In this document: positions 1 to 21,078 of the stretch, one piece after another
Numbering within the stretch: position 1 is the first letter of the stretch
Layout of the letters: each line of letters starts with the position of its first letter
NCBI RefSeq assembly: GCF_009914755.1
Contig: NC_060925.1
Origin: the human T2T-CHM13v2.0 reference genome, Homo sapiens
Strand: one strand, 5' to 3'
Length of the DNA stretch: 64,000 nt
The notes under the pieces: generated by a model
Seen by the model: the letters and a program-made list of their open reading frames with translations, nothing else
Database searches by the model: none
What the model was told of the DNA's origin: nothing
Made by a program: the position numbers and the translations under genes

Positions 1-1918
<1,918 letters not shown>

Positions 1919-2094
1919 AGTCTCTATAAAGTGGCTGCCCACCCTCTGCTTGAACAACTTTGGGGACCTAAGTGCCCAAGTTGCTCCTATGATTGGCTTG
2001 TTACAAAGTTCTGCCTCACATTATGTCTGTAGTTTCTTCCCCTTAGCTCTAGTTTTCCCTGTTGAGGTCAAGTCTATCCCTTCTTACGTGGGAA

Positions 2095-2603
<509 letters not shown>

Positions 2604-2649
2604 AAAATATTTCACATAACTTTTATGTCAAACCTCCCCATTCCTTTAG

Positions 2650-3110
<461 letters not shown>

Positions 3111-3850
3111 AGTACACACACACATACATATTAACCTCATCTGATAGTTTGAGATAATAGATGGGAAAGTGTTTTGAACAGTAAAAGTCCTATGAAAATG
3201 CAAGGGGGCCAGGTGTGCCACCACTGCCAACCTAGACATCCTTTTGACCATGCCAGTTGCTCTCTTTGTTCCCACAACTCACTACAGACTCTAGATATGA
3301 TTGAGTCAGTGTGGAGTATAGAGATAACTCAAACAACCTTGTTATAAAAGTTCCTAGTATGTATGTTTTTAGTAATAGATAATGCTTATCCAATGTTTCC
3401 TATATGGCAGGCATTATGTTAAATACATTATATGTGTTATTTAGTCCTCACCACCATCTTTCTAGTTAAGAAACAGATTTATCTTCAGTTTACAGATAAG
3501 TAAACTGTGGCTTCGAGAGGTTACATCATTTGTAAGCTACTACAGTCAATAGGTGGCAGAAAGAAACTCAAACCCAGGTTTGACTGACTCTTTTACACTA
3601 TATTCTACTATGGCTTCTCTCAAATTATTAGAGGTATTCACACTATTTGGGGACACTAAAGGCAACACACATTGAGCTGCGTACCAGTGGTGATCTTACT
3701 GTCAATGACTTTTGATCTAGGGTGATTCAGCAGGAAAGGTATTTTTGGATGCTGACTGAGCTTCTCCGACACAGCCATTGCCTTTTCCAGGGTTATGTGT
3801 TCTATTTGGTTCCTTCCTGAGGATTCCCCCCATTCCCCTAGGCTTAGCCT

Positions 3851-4630
3851 CTGTATTAGTTTCCAATAGCTGCTGTAAGAAACTACCACAAACTTAGTGT
3901 CTTAAAAACAACACAAGTTGTTTTTAAGGTCAAAAGTCTGAAATGCGAAGAGGCACAGTGGCTTACACCTGTAATCCCAGCACTTTGGGAGGCTGCAGCG
4001 GGTGGATCACCTGAGGTCAGGAGTTCAAGACCAGCCTGGCCAACATGGCAAAACCCTGTCTCTACAAAAAATATAAAAATTAGCCAGACATGGTGGTGGG
4101 CACCTATAATCCCAGCTACTCGGGAGGCTGAGGCAGGAGAATCCCTTGAAATTAGGAGGTGGAGGTTGTAGTGAGCCAAGATTGCCCCACCACACTCCAG
4201 CCTGGGCAACTAGAGCAAGACCCTGTCTCCAAAAAAAAAAAAAAGAAGTCTGAAATTGGGCCTCAAAGGGCTAACATCAAGGTGCTAGCACAGATGCTTT
4301 CCTTCTGGAGGCTCTGGAAAGAATCTGTTCCTTGACCTTTCTATCGTCTAGAGGCCACCTGCCTTCTGTGGCTCGAGGCCACTTCACTCCAGCCTGTGCT
4401 TCTGTCATCACATCTTCTCCGACTCTCCTGCTTCCCACTTGTAAGAACCCTGTGATTACCCTGACCCACCTGGGTAATCCATAGTAATCTCTCGACCTTA
4501 CAATCGGGATGAGCAACCTTCATTCCATCTGCAACCAGAATTCCCTCTGGCATTTAACATAACGTGTTCTCAGGTTCCAGGGATCAGAATGTGGACCTTT
4601 ATTCTACGGACCATTATTCTGTCCACAACA
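3851..4630 (-). mobile_element. MLT1 (MaLR) solo LTR split by an Alu (3946-4243)
   Basis: Starts TGTATTAGTTTCC..GCTGCTGTAA.AAA.TACCACAAACTTAGTG and ends CATTATTCTGTCCACAACA. Alu TSD is AAGTCTGAAAT. Confidence 0.8.
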
Positions 4631-5718
4631 ATCTCCCTACTCAGCCCTCACATACACACACATGCCCAGGTCCCCCTGTGCTCTGGATTTCAGGGCCTTC
4701 CCCATCCCACTCACCTACCCATAGTGGCGCTCTGGTTTTTCTGTATTCATTCAACAAACATTTATAGAACACCTATTATGTCCTAGGCATTTTGCGAGGG
4801 GCAAGGGATACCACGAAAAAAAACATAGTCCTGCTTTGAAGGACCTCACATTTCAGAGGAGCTGACAGAAAAATCATGAAACACAAGAAAACATGGCAAA
4901 TATTGGGGTGGGGTAAAGGAAGCCCAGGAAGTGAAGTTTTTATATAGGACTTGGGGTCTGGGGAGGGCAGGGATATACAAAGATGTATATCATCGCTCCT
5001 GTTGCTATCACAGATCCATCATTTCAATGTAGTGGGTATCATCACGGAAAAAGAGGGCCTGCAATCTGGGCTCAGGATTTCCTGAAATGTCAAGTGCCCA
5101 AACTGATGGCAGGCAGAGCTGGACTGCTCAGAGACCACAAAGTGCAGGGACACCAGACCTCCTGAAGGCCTGGCTGTCGCACGGGTCGGAGCAGCCAGCA
5201 AGAGCTCCTTATTACCGTGGCGAGGAGACCGCGCCAAGTGGAAAAAGCTATTTACAGTGTTGAAGGGGGAAGGGCTCATCCCAGTGGGTGATTTTCTCAT
5301 TTCCCCAGGCTGAACCTGACCTAAAACAAACTTTCATTTTCAAAGCTGAAAGGGGAAAACTTGCTACATACACAAAGATGGAGTTTTAGTTCCTCTGCAT
5401 CTCAAATGTGGAGTCTGAGGAAAGAGCCAGTACCCCGTAAGCACTGGATGTTTTCTGTTTTAGATACTGTATCAGCCCAGGACCCTGGATATGCCTAGCG
5501 ACCCACCTGTGCTCCAACCTGTGCTCTCTGTGTCGTCTCCTACCTGATGGCCTCTGTGTAACCCTTATCATAGCAAACACAGAAGCGATCATCTGATTCT
5601 GTATGTTCCTGTACACAGACATTTCACAGGAACCATGGGGCGCTAGTTTCCAGCTCTGTACTGAACTCTACTGTCTCCTTTCAGAAACACAAGCAAATAC
5701 TTATACTATATATACATA

Positions 5719-6366
<648 letters not shown>

Positions 6367-6419
6367 TATATACTTTTCATTTTCTTAGTCTTAGTTATGA
6401 AAAACCAGGCACTCTTATT

Positions 6420-6421
<2 letters not shown>

Positions 6422-6458
<37 letters not shown>
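6422..6458. repeat. (CA)n microsatellite
   Basis: Read directly. Confidence 0.95.
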
Positions 6459-6459
<1 letters not shown>

Positions 6460-7543
6460 CCCAGAAATTTCTTTTTACAGTTGCTCATACACAAAAAGCA
6501 TAGAGAAGACTGAATTCATGTTACATCAGGTGACTTGGTGAAATAACTGGTGTTTCATATAGGGCTTTAGAGTTGGCCGAAGGTTGTCCTGGCCACTGAA
6601 TTTTCTCCTTATAACAACCTTATGGAATAGCTGTCTTTGATGCGGGTCCAGTAAGTACTAGGTACCTGTCAAATCCAGAGTCCTCTTCTGAGAGCACTGA
6701 CTCAACGGGGACTTTTCATTTTTTACTATGTTTGATAAAATAACTTCTGTTCTTGGTCTACAGAGAACTAAACTGAGGATGAGTTCAACTCTCTGCTTTT
6801 CTGCTTTTAGTCCCTATCTGCTAGGTGGTCATCAGCCTCAGCCAGAACACCTCTATCGCATGGGCATCACCTCCAAGGCAAGCTCCGGCTTCAGTTTGTT
6901 CTGACTGATGGCCAGAGAGAGAAGTGTAAAGATTCTCCTAGTGCTTCTGCAAGAGAACCACAGAGAGGAAAACACCTTTCAAGGAGTTTGGTGTGGGCCC
7001 ATTACAGGTTCTCTATGTTGGAAATGACAAACCAACCCAATCAGATCCTTTCTGCAGGACAATATGAATGACAGGTGGTCTCAGAAAAAGTAGATCATGG
7101 AATCTAATGTTTTTCACTCAAAACAGTGCATGAGACCTGCTGTTTATCCCAATCGCAGAAATATGAGGACTTGGAGTTACTCTGTGACTAAAGAAGACAT
7201 GGTATTGCATCTTTGTAATTAGCCTCCATTAATAAGGGGAATATAATATAAAGTCCTAATTTTTATGCCTATTCTAAAGGTGAGGAGATGGAGTCTCAGA
7301 GATATGAAGTAATCCACAAGGTCTCCTAGCTAGGAAGTGGCACCTACTTTCAATAACCTTGGTTACAGATTTTCATTAATAATAAAACAAACTCAATAGA
7401 AAAACTTTTTTAAATGTATAGACTTCAGATAATAAAAACAAAAACCTATACCACAATTTGGATGAATCTCCAGGGAGTTATTCTACATTGAAAAAAAGCC
7501 AATTCCAAAATGTTACATAGCATATGATTATATATATATATAG

Positions 7544-8171
<628 letters not shown>

Positions 8172-8494
8172 CTATTTACGTAACATTTTTGAAAGGACAT
8201 AATTTTAGAAAGCAAGGATAGACTAGTGGTTGGCAAAGGTTAGAGATATGGATGGGGCTGGGTTTGGAGGCTCAGCAGGCTGGGACCCTGAACTGGTGAT
8301 GTGGAGATGGTTGTTTCTGCTTTTTGGCAAAGTGCAGAGTGAGCTTTAGGTCAGATGTTTTTCAGTGAGCCCATCACAGGAAATCCTTGGCTTTCAGGAC
8401 AATTTCTGAGCTTATTGTCTACCTTAGAGAAAGTAAATGAAGTTGCAAGTTTTTCAAATGGGTTAGTGTGACATTAGGATTAATACCTACGTAC

Positions 8495-8597
8495 CTGCCT
8501 GTAGAAAAAGAATGCTTATGGCAGCTTGGTGCTGTAGAGAGTCAACGTGACTTTTAAGTGAAGGTGAAGATTGATGACAATCTGCAAACCACTGCAC
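8495..8597 (-). other. JAK1: 103-nt non-coding internal exon of the distal transcript
   Basis: Acceptor CTGACTTTCCACCACACAG|GTG (AG at 8599-8598), donor GGCAG|GTACGT (GT at 8494-8493), unique non-repeat sequence and no AUG inside. The size agrees with my recollection of a JAK1 5' UTR exon (not verified). Confidence 0.65.
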
Positions 8598-10727
8598 CTG
8601 TGTGGTGGAAAGTCAGGGTGACCAGATGGCTTGGGAAGTGGAGCCTGAAAGAGTAGTTCCAATTTGGTCTTGTTGTTTTTGCTGAGCTGGTGGCTGTTTG
8701 TAGCCAACAGGCCAACGGCAAGGGGAGAGATGTACACGCAGTTTGGGCGGCAGTACAAGAGAGGAGTGAAGCAAAAGAGGACAACTGAGTGCAACAGCAA
8801 GATTCATAGCTCCAGCAGGCTGTGTCCTGCTGTCACCCTTGGAGACTGTGATGCCCTGGGCAAGTCTTTTCTCTGAGTTTGATTCTCTGTTTGTAAAACA
8901 TAACAATGAACTGTTGCCCAGCCTACATTACCAGGTTGTTGGAACAAATGGAATGATGCAGGTAAAAATATTGTGTGATTATAGACTAGTAATGGGATTT
9001 GGTAGCATTCCAAATCTAGTGGTCCCTAAATAAATAATTTCTGTACCTATGTTTTAGAAAGTAAGTCAACTCAGTCTGAAGACTGGTGGGTCCACGGTCC
9101 TCGGTCAGCACCGCTAAATGACTGGGTCTTGGCAGTGCCTGTCACACTCACCATGAGTTCTTGTATTGGGTCATACAGCTGGGGAGGAAGAAGGCATGAT
9201 GGCCACATCAAAGCTGAGCTCTAATAACTGCAGCGGACTTCTTACTTTGCTCCCATGGCTGATCTCTGGCCCAAAGCCAAGCATATAGCAAGTCTAATGA
9301 ATGAATGAATGCTTATCTAATTTAGTGAAGGGTTTTTTTTTCTCCTTTTCTGCTTAGGTAATTTGGTCAGTTACTAAGATTGGAAGTGACAGACAGGAGA
9401 AGAGAGACTATCACAGTGGGTAAGGGTCTAGCTAAAGACCCTCTGGGAGAGTGGCAGTTAGAGTTCAAAAACCTTCTCTGTGATGTGGCATTTGTGTGGT
9501 GGGAAGCATGAAAGCATGGTGGGAAGCATGAAATCATGGTGGCTCTGGAGTCAGGGGGTTGTGTGAGTGACCTAGCTTTATCCTCTGTGAGCCACAGTTT
9601 CTGCATCTGTGCAATGGTGATGATGACAGTGCCCTCCTCATAGAACTGTCATGAGGACTAAATGAGATCAACAGATATAGAACAGCTGGCACAAGCAGGA
9701 ACACAATAATATGGGCCCTTTCCTTTCTCTTTCCCCTCTTCACATGATAGGAAAAAGATGTCATCACTCCTTTAAAATATCTCTCTTGCAAGTTTTTGAG
9801 AGAGAATGAAAATGGGAGCCTCAAATAGCTAAGCTTATCCTCTTTATAGCTCCTGGAAGTAAATCTTATCAAGCTTGGGATTTGGAGTCAGACAAACATA
9901 GCTTCAGATCCAAGCTCCACCAATTACAAGCTATGTGATCTTAAACACATCAGTTAATCTCTTCTAATCTGTCTTCTCAAGAGCTAAATCATATCTAAGA
10001 ATATGGTTGTTTAGAAAGTTAAATGGGTGGTGTATGTAAAGTGTCTAGGACAGTATCTTATACACAGTCAGAACTCAATAAGTGGTCACTCTTTTAAGAA
10101 CTGTCTTGGGTGTGGCACAGGGAGTGCACAGAAAAATGGAGAGCAGAGTGTCCACAGACATCACTATTATTTTTCATAATCATCAGCAATCCTTGGTTCC
10201 ACCTGTGCAGTACTTTCTTCCCACTAGAGTTCAACAATAGTTTACTTTGAAAGACTTGGGGGATATGAATGAACAACAGGGTGGTATGATGCACTCCCAA
10301 TACCCCACCTGCAGGCCCGGATGAGGCCCTTAAGTCAGACACGGACAAGCTGGAGGCCATGCCAAAGGGAGTCCACAGGATGGAAAACGGCTGGAAAGAT
10401 GCCAAGCCAGGAGTGTCTGAGGGACTGGGACAAGAGACACCCACTGAGGAGTATAAGTAAACCAAGATTATATTTTCCTTTATTTCGTCATTCTTAAAGG
10501 GGAGGACTCAGACCAACGTTTGGAAGTTACCTGGAGATAAAATTCAGCTTGATACAAAGAATTTTCTGACAATGCAGCCATTCAATGACAGTGTAGCTGT
10601 CCATCAGTGGAACAGGCCATTTGGTTGAAGGAGACCTGAGTCCCAGAATCTGGCACTGGGGATGGGGCTGAAGGGGGTAGGTAGGCTGGTTCAAATAGCT
10701 CCCAGGTCTCTCACAGCTCTGAAATTC

Positions 10728-11747
<1,020 letters not shown>

Positions 11748-12950
11748 GTCATACAGATCGCACAGAGCTTACATTCTAGTGGAGTCAGGCAGCGTTAAAC
11801 ACAGTAAGTATACTGAAGTACGTTAGTGTGGACGTACTGTGTGCAAGTGTTAATGCTATGAACAAATAAGGCAGAAAAAGGGACAGGGAGGGGGATGTGG
11901 CTTCTGTGAAAGAATTGAGATAATACAGGTAAAAAAAAAATCAGTTGTGGACAGTTCAATAGAAAGTCCTCAAACAATGTTAAGCTATTACTACCACAGG
12001 GACTTCTGAGCCCACGGACCTACAGTTAAGTGCATCATCCCACTTCTGAATTATTAAATAGGTGACGTATATTCAAAGAAAAAAACCAAACAGGAGTAGA
12101 TCCTGATGTTGTTTGCAGGTGGAAGAAAAGAATCAATGAAAATGTCATGATTTGGGGGTTCTGGCATAGCCTCATTTGTCAAGGATGCTGATAAGAATCT
12201 GTGGAAAATTTAGAAATGCAGAAACCTGGGCTTGAACTGAGTGACATCAGGTAAGTGACCTAGTTTTTCTAGGTCTTCATTTTCCCTGCATTTGACCAGG
12301 GCTGTTGTGACACTCAGTTGTAACATGTAAAATACCAGACACACAGCAGGTATCGCTAGCATATATTATTATTACCATTGTCCAAACAAGCTCATCTGCA
12401 TTTTCAGAGACTTTCAATGTGCTCAGGATGAAAAAATAAGGCAGTATTTCTCAGGAGGGCACATTCCACAATCATGTGTTACTAGGAGTTGGACTAAGGT
12501 CGCTTGTTATGAGAACACACGAGGAAAACATAAGGAAGTATTCAACCGATTAAATGCTCAATCCATTTCTCAGCCTTACTAGCTCCTTGGCTGCAGTCTT
12601 CAGAATCTCAGAAGATGCAAACAAAGACACGCTGATTCATTTAAAATAGTTCTTCGTATAAATCTGAGAGTTTAGCCAAAAAACAGTCCAAAAGGATTTA
12701 TGAGGTGTGCTTTCCTTCACAGAGCCTGCAAGTCAAGGAGGCTACCTTTAATCAGCCTGAGTTTCCCAGACACCTCTGTAGCGTCGTCCCTTTGCTTCTT
12801 ACCACTCTGATTGAGAGTCTTGGGAAATGGGCATTTAATATGTTTTCTGTTGAACTTTTTCTCATGGGAGCAGCTGTACGAGGAAGGGTTTCTTTCTGCT
12901 TTCCCAAGGGAAAAATCAGAAATCACTTCACTCCCGTTTCTGCAAGTTCA

Positions 12951-13484
<534 letters not shown>

Positions 13485-15974
13485 CTACACAAAAACTCAC
13501 TTCTTCACGAACTTCAAAAGAGGTTGGTCCCTAGAAGAACCACCCACCTTGGTGGGCATGAGCTTTCTGACTGGCCACGGGTCCTTCCTTTGGGATACCA
13601 TCCATATTCTAACTCACTCCTTGGGGCACATGTTTGTTGAGAGGCACTGCTGTGGTCCACAGATGGGTTGTGGAGGGTACTCTTTTGTGGGGCACTAGCA
13701 AAAAAGCTTAAGTTCCAAGCCATCACCCACATATTCACTGGAGGCCATGATGTCCAAGGAACCTCATATCCTCACCCCACCAAATGTAGTGTCGCTCCCT
13801 GTCTCTCTCCTGCCTCCTTCTCTTAGCATTGCAAGCCCTGGGCATAGGGAGCTCTTTCTGGGATAGTGGCTTACCAATTTTCAGACAATCATGATGTCAA
13901 ATTCGCATGCTCCGCTTCGCTGAGAGAAGTTCCCACAAAAGGTGACATCTCCCCCTCCTCCAGTCATCTTTTTATGGGGGTGAAGGGTGGGGGCAATGTG
14001 AGAATTGGTTCTGCTGAAATGACACCTTTTGAAAAAGCTCTGCAGGAAAATGCCGCAGAGATGCAGATCTCTGACCACAGAAAGTGGGGATTTTGAACAC
14101 CTTGTTTTTAGCTGTGGGTTCTTCTCACCCATACTTAGCAAACAGGAAACATTCCACTCACATCTCATAGTACACTAGTTTTCTACTGTGAACTCCATGC
14201 CAGGCTTATGCCAGACACTGCAAACACAACAATGGGTAGAGCCATGTTTCTTGTTTCACAGAATTCGCCATCTAACGAGACATTAAAAATATGCACCCGC
14301 AACACACGTGATTCAACTGTGACAAGTGCTCTGAAGGAAAAGCACAAAGTGCCATGAGATCAGACCTAGGCAGGATGTCAGGAAAACGTCTCTGAGGAAT
14401 CAGTACTTAGCCAGAAACTGAAGGATAAGAGGTAAGGTGAACTGAATGGTAAGGGTGTCCCAGGCAGAAGGAAATGCATCTGACACAGAAAGGACTTGAT
14501 TCCCTGACAAAGGCCAGGCCAGTCAACTGGGTACAAGAGATGGGACCTGAGGAGTAGGTGGGACCACACTGCCCAGGGCATCATGGGGCAGCTGAAGAGG
14601 AGAAGCCACTAGAGTGTTTTAAACCAGAGGGTTTTTAAGTGATGGCATGATCAAACTTTCATTTTACAGAGGTAACTCCAGCTGAAGAGTAGAGAAGGCA
14701 TCAGAAAAAGGCAACAGTGGACAGGGGAGGCAGTGTATGGTGCAAATTTTAAAGCAATTTTACACATGCTGGGTCTAACTCTGTTTCGAAGCCTCACCTA
14801 CTAATCAACATAATATTAACTTCTTACATTGTTTCTGGACTCAAATGCCTGCTTCATCACTGACTAGCTGTGTGGCTTAGGGACCCACTGGGAGCCTGAG
14901 AGCCTCCTCAGGTTCTTCAATTAGGAAACATGGAGAACTCTTCTACTCTTTGAGGATTTCAATGAGGATGAAATGAGTGCTTTGGTACACAGGCGCTCAA
15001 CAAATATTGACTCATCTCAAGCAAATACAATTAAGGAAATAAAAGGAGAAAGGGAAAGCCTCTTCTAGCTATTTGATCCAATTACTTAAAATTCTACCTG
15101 TAAATTATGCAGGGGATAAGCATTTATTTAACAGTAGCAAATTTTATGCTATTAGACTAGTGCTATTAGAATAGCTTGAGACCTGATAGGTATGTCAGGT
15201 TTTTTTTTTTTAACAGAAATTAGTGAATGATGATAAGTGGAAAGATTCATGTCTCAATATACACTATATATTACACTAGACTTTTAAAATTAAAAATCCA
15301 TAATTCCCTCTCCATAAAAAAGGGTGTCTATATTCCCAGTGATATGGTTTTCCAGAAATCTAGTCCCTATCAATATAAATCTGGGAATTTCTGCCATTCC
15401 AGAGGATCTAAGCTTCTACACTACCAATACTGCATACTAAGGTATCAGCAAATGTAGCACTCCTCCTCAGTCTGATGTCCACAGCACACCCGGGTTGATC
15501 ACAGGTAGACCCAGAAAGGTGGTTACAGCACTCCTTCCTGCAGAGCCCAGATGTGGTCTCAGAAGTCTTCCCAGCAAAGTGCCCTAGACAGCTAGCCCCC
15601 AGTGGACCCCAAGATATTCCTGGTTCGAAGATACTCATTTTCAAATTGAAAAAAACCAATGGGAGTCTAAGTAATTTTTCTGCAATTTCATTTACAAAGA
15701 TAGTAGCAAAAAAGTGAAAATACATTTTCTACAGACTAAATCGAAATGGTTCTCTATTTCTTCTCACCTTTTAACATCATCAATCTCCTCATAATCTCAT
15801 GGAAAATAAAATACAGTAATAGTCTAAATGCACAAAGCAACGTATAATCAGCTTACTTTACTCCATTTCAATTATGTGCATTTTAACATATTTACATTAG
15901 AAGCATGTATTACAACCCGAAACCTTGTCAGACAGCTTAAAGAACCCAGCTGAGAATGTTCCATACCTGCTTGC

Positions 15975-17833
<1,859 letters not shown>

Positions 17834-18444
17834 CCTGGGCCCCCCAAAACAGGATAAGGCAAGTTTGTGGCACACTTAAAATTGGGTGGTTATTCAGAGA
17901 AGCTAGAAATGTACTAGGCATAGCAAAATATTTGAAATTAGCGTGGCAGGCAAGAACAACACCTAGCTGTCTGCTCCAACTCTGTGTAGTATGATCAAGG
18001 TAGAATACTGTGCAGGATCTGGTGGAGGTAGTCTAATGTTCCTAAAACTAAAATCTGATTTTAGTTTTAAAAGCATGACCCTAAGTGAGGACTCTGTGAT
18101 GAAACAGATACGGTCCACAAATGAATCCTTTTTACCCACAGCTAATAAAACATGTGATCCCTTAGGGAAGGTTACTGCTATTTCCAGCCTCAATTATTAT
18201 ATTCTTATTATCAAATTTAAGCATGTAACAACAAATAGGAAAACTATTCGTGACAGACAGCAAGCTGTAGAATGCTCCTTTAATGAAGCTGCTAATACTT
18301 GACTTGTAAGACTAACCAGGATACTTTTTAAAACTATACTTAATACTATTATTTCATATATTGTATGTTTATATTTTAATAACATGCCACATTTAAATGC
18401 TGCTTTAGTCTCTTATATATATGATTTTATATATATGATTTCCC

Positions 18445-18556
18445 TAAGAAGGGAAAGGTCTGGGATTGGTGAATCCTCAAGTAATTTGAAACACTAAACA
18501 TTAGGAGTATTTTAAATTACCTGAGGATTCACCAATCCCAGACCGTTCCCTTCTTA
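18445..18556. repeat. inverted repeat, 51-bp arms, 10-nt loop
   Basis: Arms 18445-18495 and 18506-18556 form 47/51 Watson-Crick pairs. The loop is AAACATTAGG. Confidence 0.95.
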
Positions 18557-19014
18557 TGAGTTCTTCCATAGGTTGTCAGAAATTCCTTTTCTGTTTAAAA
18601 AAACTCCAAAGAATTTCAGGAGTGGTAGCATAACTCCAAAGACGTGGGCAGTTGAGGCAACTGGAACAGGAAGAGGACCAGTGAGTTGCCCAATCTCACC
18701 AGAAAAGACATAAAGCCAGCAAGAGATGCCACATCAGGTGACTTCTTGTCCACGCCTTTTTCTCATTGTTTTTAATATTCATTGCTACCATATTTTCTTT
18801 ACATTTTACACAATTCTAAAGCTATGCTATGTTGGAAACCCTGGAAACATGTGTAAAGGACTTCAGATTAGAGAACTTGAAATGCATAAAGACATGGCAA
18901 TTACATTTTAATTGCTTACTTGAAACAGCAGTTATCTTCACACGGAAAACTAAGGGAGAGCAGAGAAATCAACTAAATCCTGTTTTTGGCTTCAAGAGGG
19001 TTATTATCCTGAAT

Positions 19015-19560
19015 CTCTTTTATTGTGGTAAAATACACATAAAATTTTCCATTTTTAGGTGTACATTGTGTCATTAAGCACATTCATGTTGTTGTGCAAC
19101 TGCCATCATCCATCTCCAGAATTTTTTCATCTTCCCCAAATACAACTCCATTAAACACTAACTCTCCATTCCCCCCTCTGCCCCAGCTCCTGGCAACCAT
19201 CAGTTCCTGGCTGTATGAATTTAACGACTCTAGGAGCCTCATGTGAGTGGAATCATAACAGTATACACCCTTTTATGTCTGGCTTATTTCACTTAGCATG
19301 GTATCTTCAAGGTTCATCCATGTTGTAGCATATGTCAGAATTTCCTTCCTTTTAAGGCTGAATCATATTCCAATGTAGGTATACACTACATTTCATTTAT
19401 CTACTTATCCATCAATGGACACTTGGGTTGCTCCTTTTAGTTATTGTGAATCATGTTGCTATAAACATGGGTATACAATATCTGTCAGAGTGCTGCCTTT
19501 CACATCTTTTGGGTATGTATCCAGAAGTGGAAATGCTGGATTATACGGTATTCCTAGGTT
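19015..19560 (-). mobile_element. L1MB-type 3' end fragment
   Basis: TTTTATTGTGGTAAAATACACATAAAATTT...GGCTTATTTCACTTAGCAT...GGACACTTGGGTTGC is typical of an antisense L1MB 3' UTR. Confidence 0.8.
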
Positions 19561-20062
19561 TAATTGCAATCTTACCATCTCACATACTTCACCTAAACTG
19601 AAAAATGTAACGAATATACCAACCAAACACATACTGTGTTTTAAGCAAGGCAGTGGAAAAACCCCATTGGATCTGTCTTGCATCACTTCTCTCTTAACCT
19701 GCTGGAACACCTTACGTCTATGAAATGCCTTGAAGATGCCAAAGACCTCCAGGTCCAGGCAAGCTTCTGGAGCTCCTGCTGCAGACTAAGCCTCAGCCTT
19801 CTTGTTTAGAGGAAAGGGGACCCAGCATGACTCTGTCCGTAGTGCAGGGTGACTGCAAATGACACCCAACACTCAGTTCTTCAACACCCCACAGGCCTGG
19901 TTGTAGATTTTGAGGTCAAGGTTGGGTAAGTATAAAACCCAATGAATTTTTGTAAAACTAGTAACGGGGAAAACAGGAAGATCAGGGAAGGTGGTGAAAT
20001 CTTCACCAAGGCCAATGATTGCACAACACATAACTTCTTGAAGCACTTTTTTCCACCTGCTC

Positions 20063-20202
20063 AAACACTAAACATAAGGAGTGTTTCAAATTACTTGAGG
20101 ATTCACCAATCCCTAACTTTCCCTTCCTAAAAGTTCTTCCAGAGTTTCTGTCAGAAATTCCTTTTAAGAAAACTCCAAAGAATTTCAGGAGTGGTAGCAT
20201 AA
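20063..20202 (+). repeat. ~140-bp direct duplicate of 18489-18633
   Basis: AAACACTAAACAT...GAGGATTCACCAATCCC...TGTCAGAAATTCCTTTT...AAAACTCCAAAGAATTTCAGGAGTGGTAGCATAA occurs at both places. Confidence 0.93.
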
Positions 20203-20649
20203 TAACTGGGGAGACCCCTCTCTCTAATTAATCAAAAACGTAGTGTAGCTTATATAGCTTAGAGAAATTGTGGATCTATGAGGACATGTGAAGGTACTGG
20301 GCTATAATGTGGTCAATGTGTCTGAAAAAATAACAGTTCTGGGCCAACCAAGTGTGGCTCAAGGGATCACTACTAAGAATGGTTCCTCTTTGGGTAGAGC
20401 AGAGGGAAGAGACACTAAAGGGAACTGCAATCACCAGCAAAGGAACACAGTGACCATCAATGTCTGAGGACTGGCACAATGAAGGATAAGAAAGAACCTC
20501 TCTGTACGAGGCCTACTCCCTTTCAGTTCCCTTTCTTCCCCATTGTGTCCCAGTGGAGGACCTGATAATACACCTGACCCATATCTAAGACATGCAGTTG
20601 GCAGGGCTGATAGTAGGTAAGGTTCACAGTATGTTAAAAAGTCACACGA

Positions 20650-21078
<429 letters not shown>

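Noticed and set aside
3545-3560. CTCF-like TCAATAGGTGGCAG
   Set aside because: It lies in MIR-like sequence and is an imperfect match. The similar CCCCGAGGTGGCG at 31194-31206 is also only a motif match.
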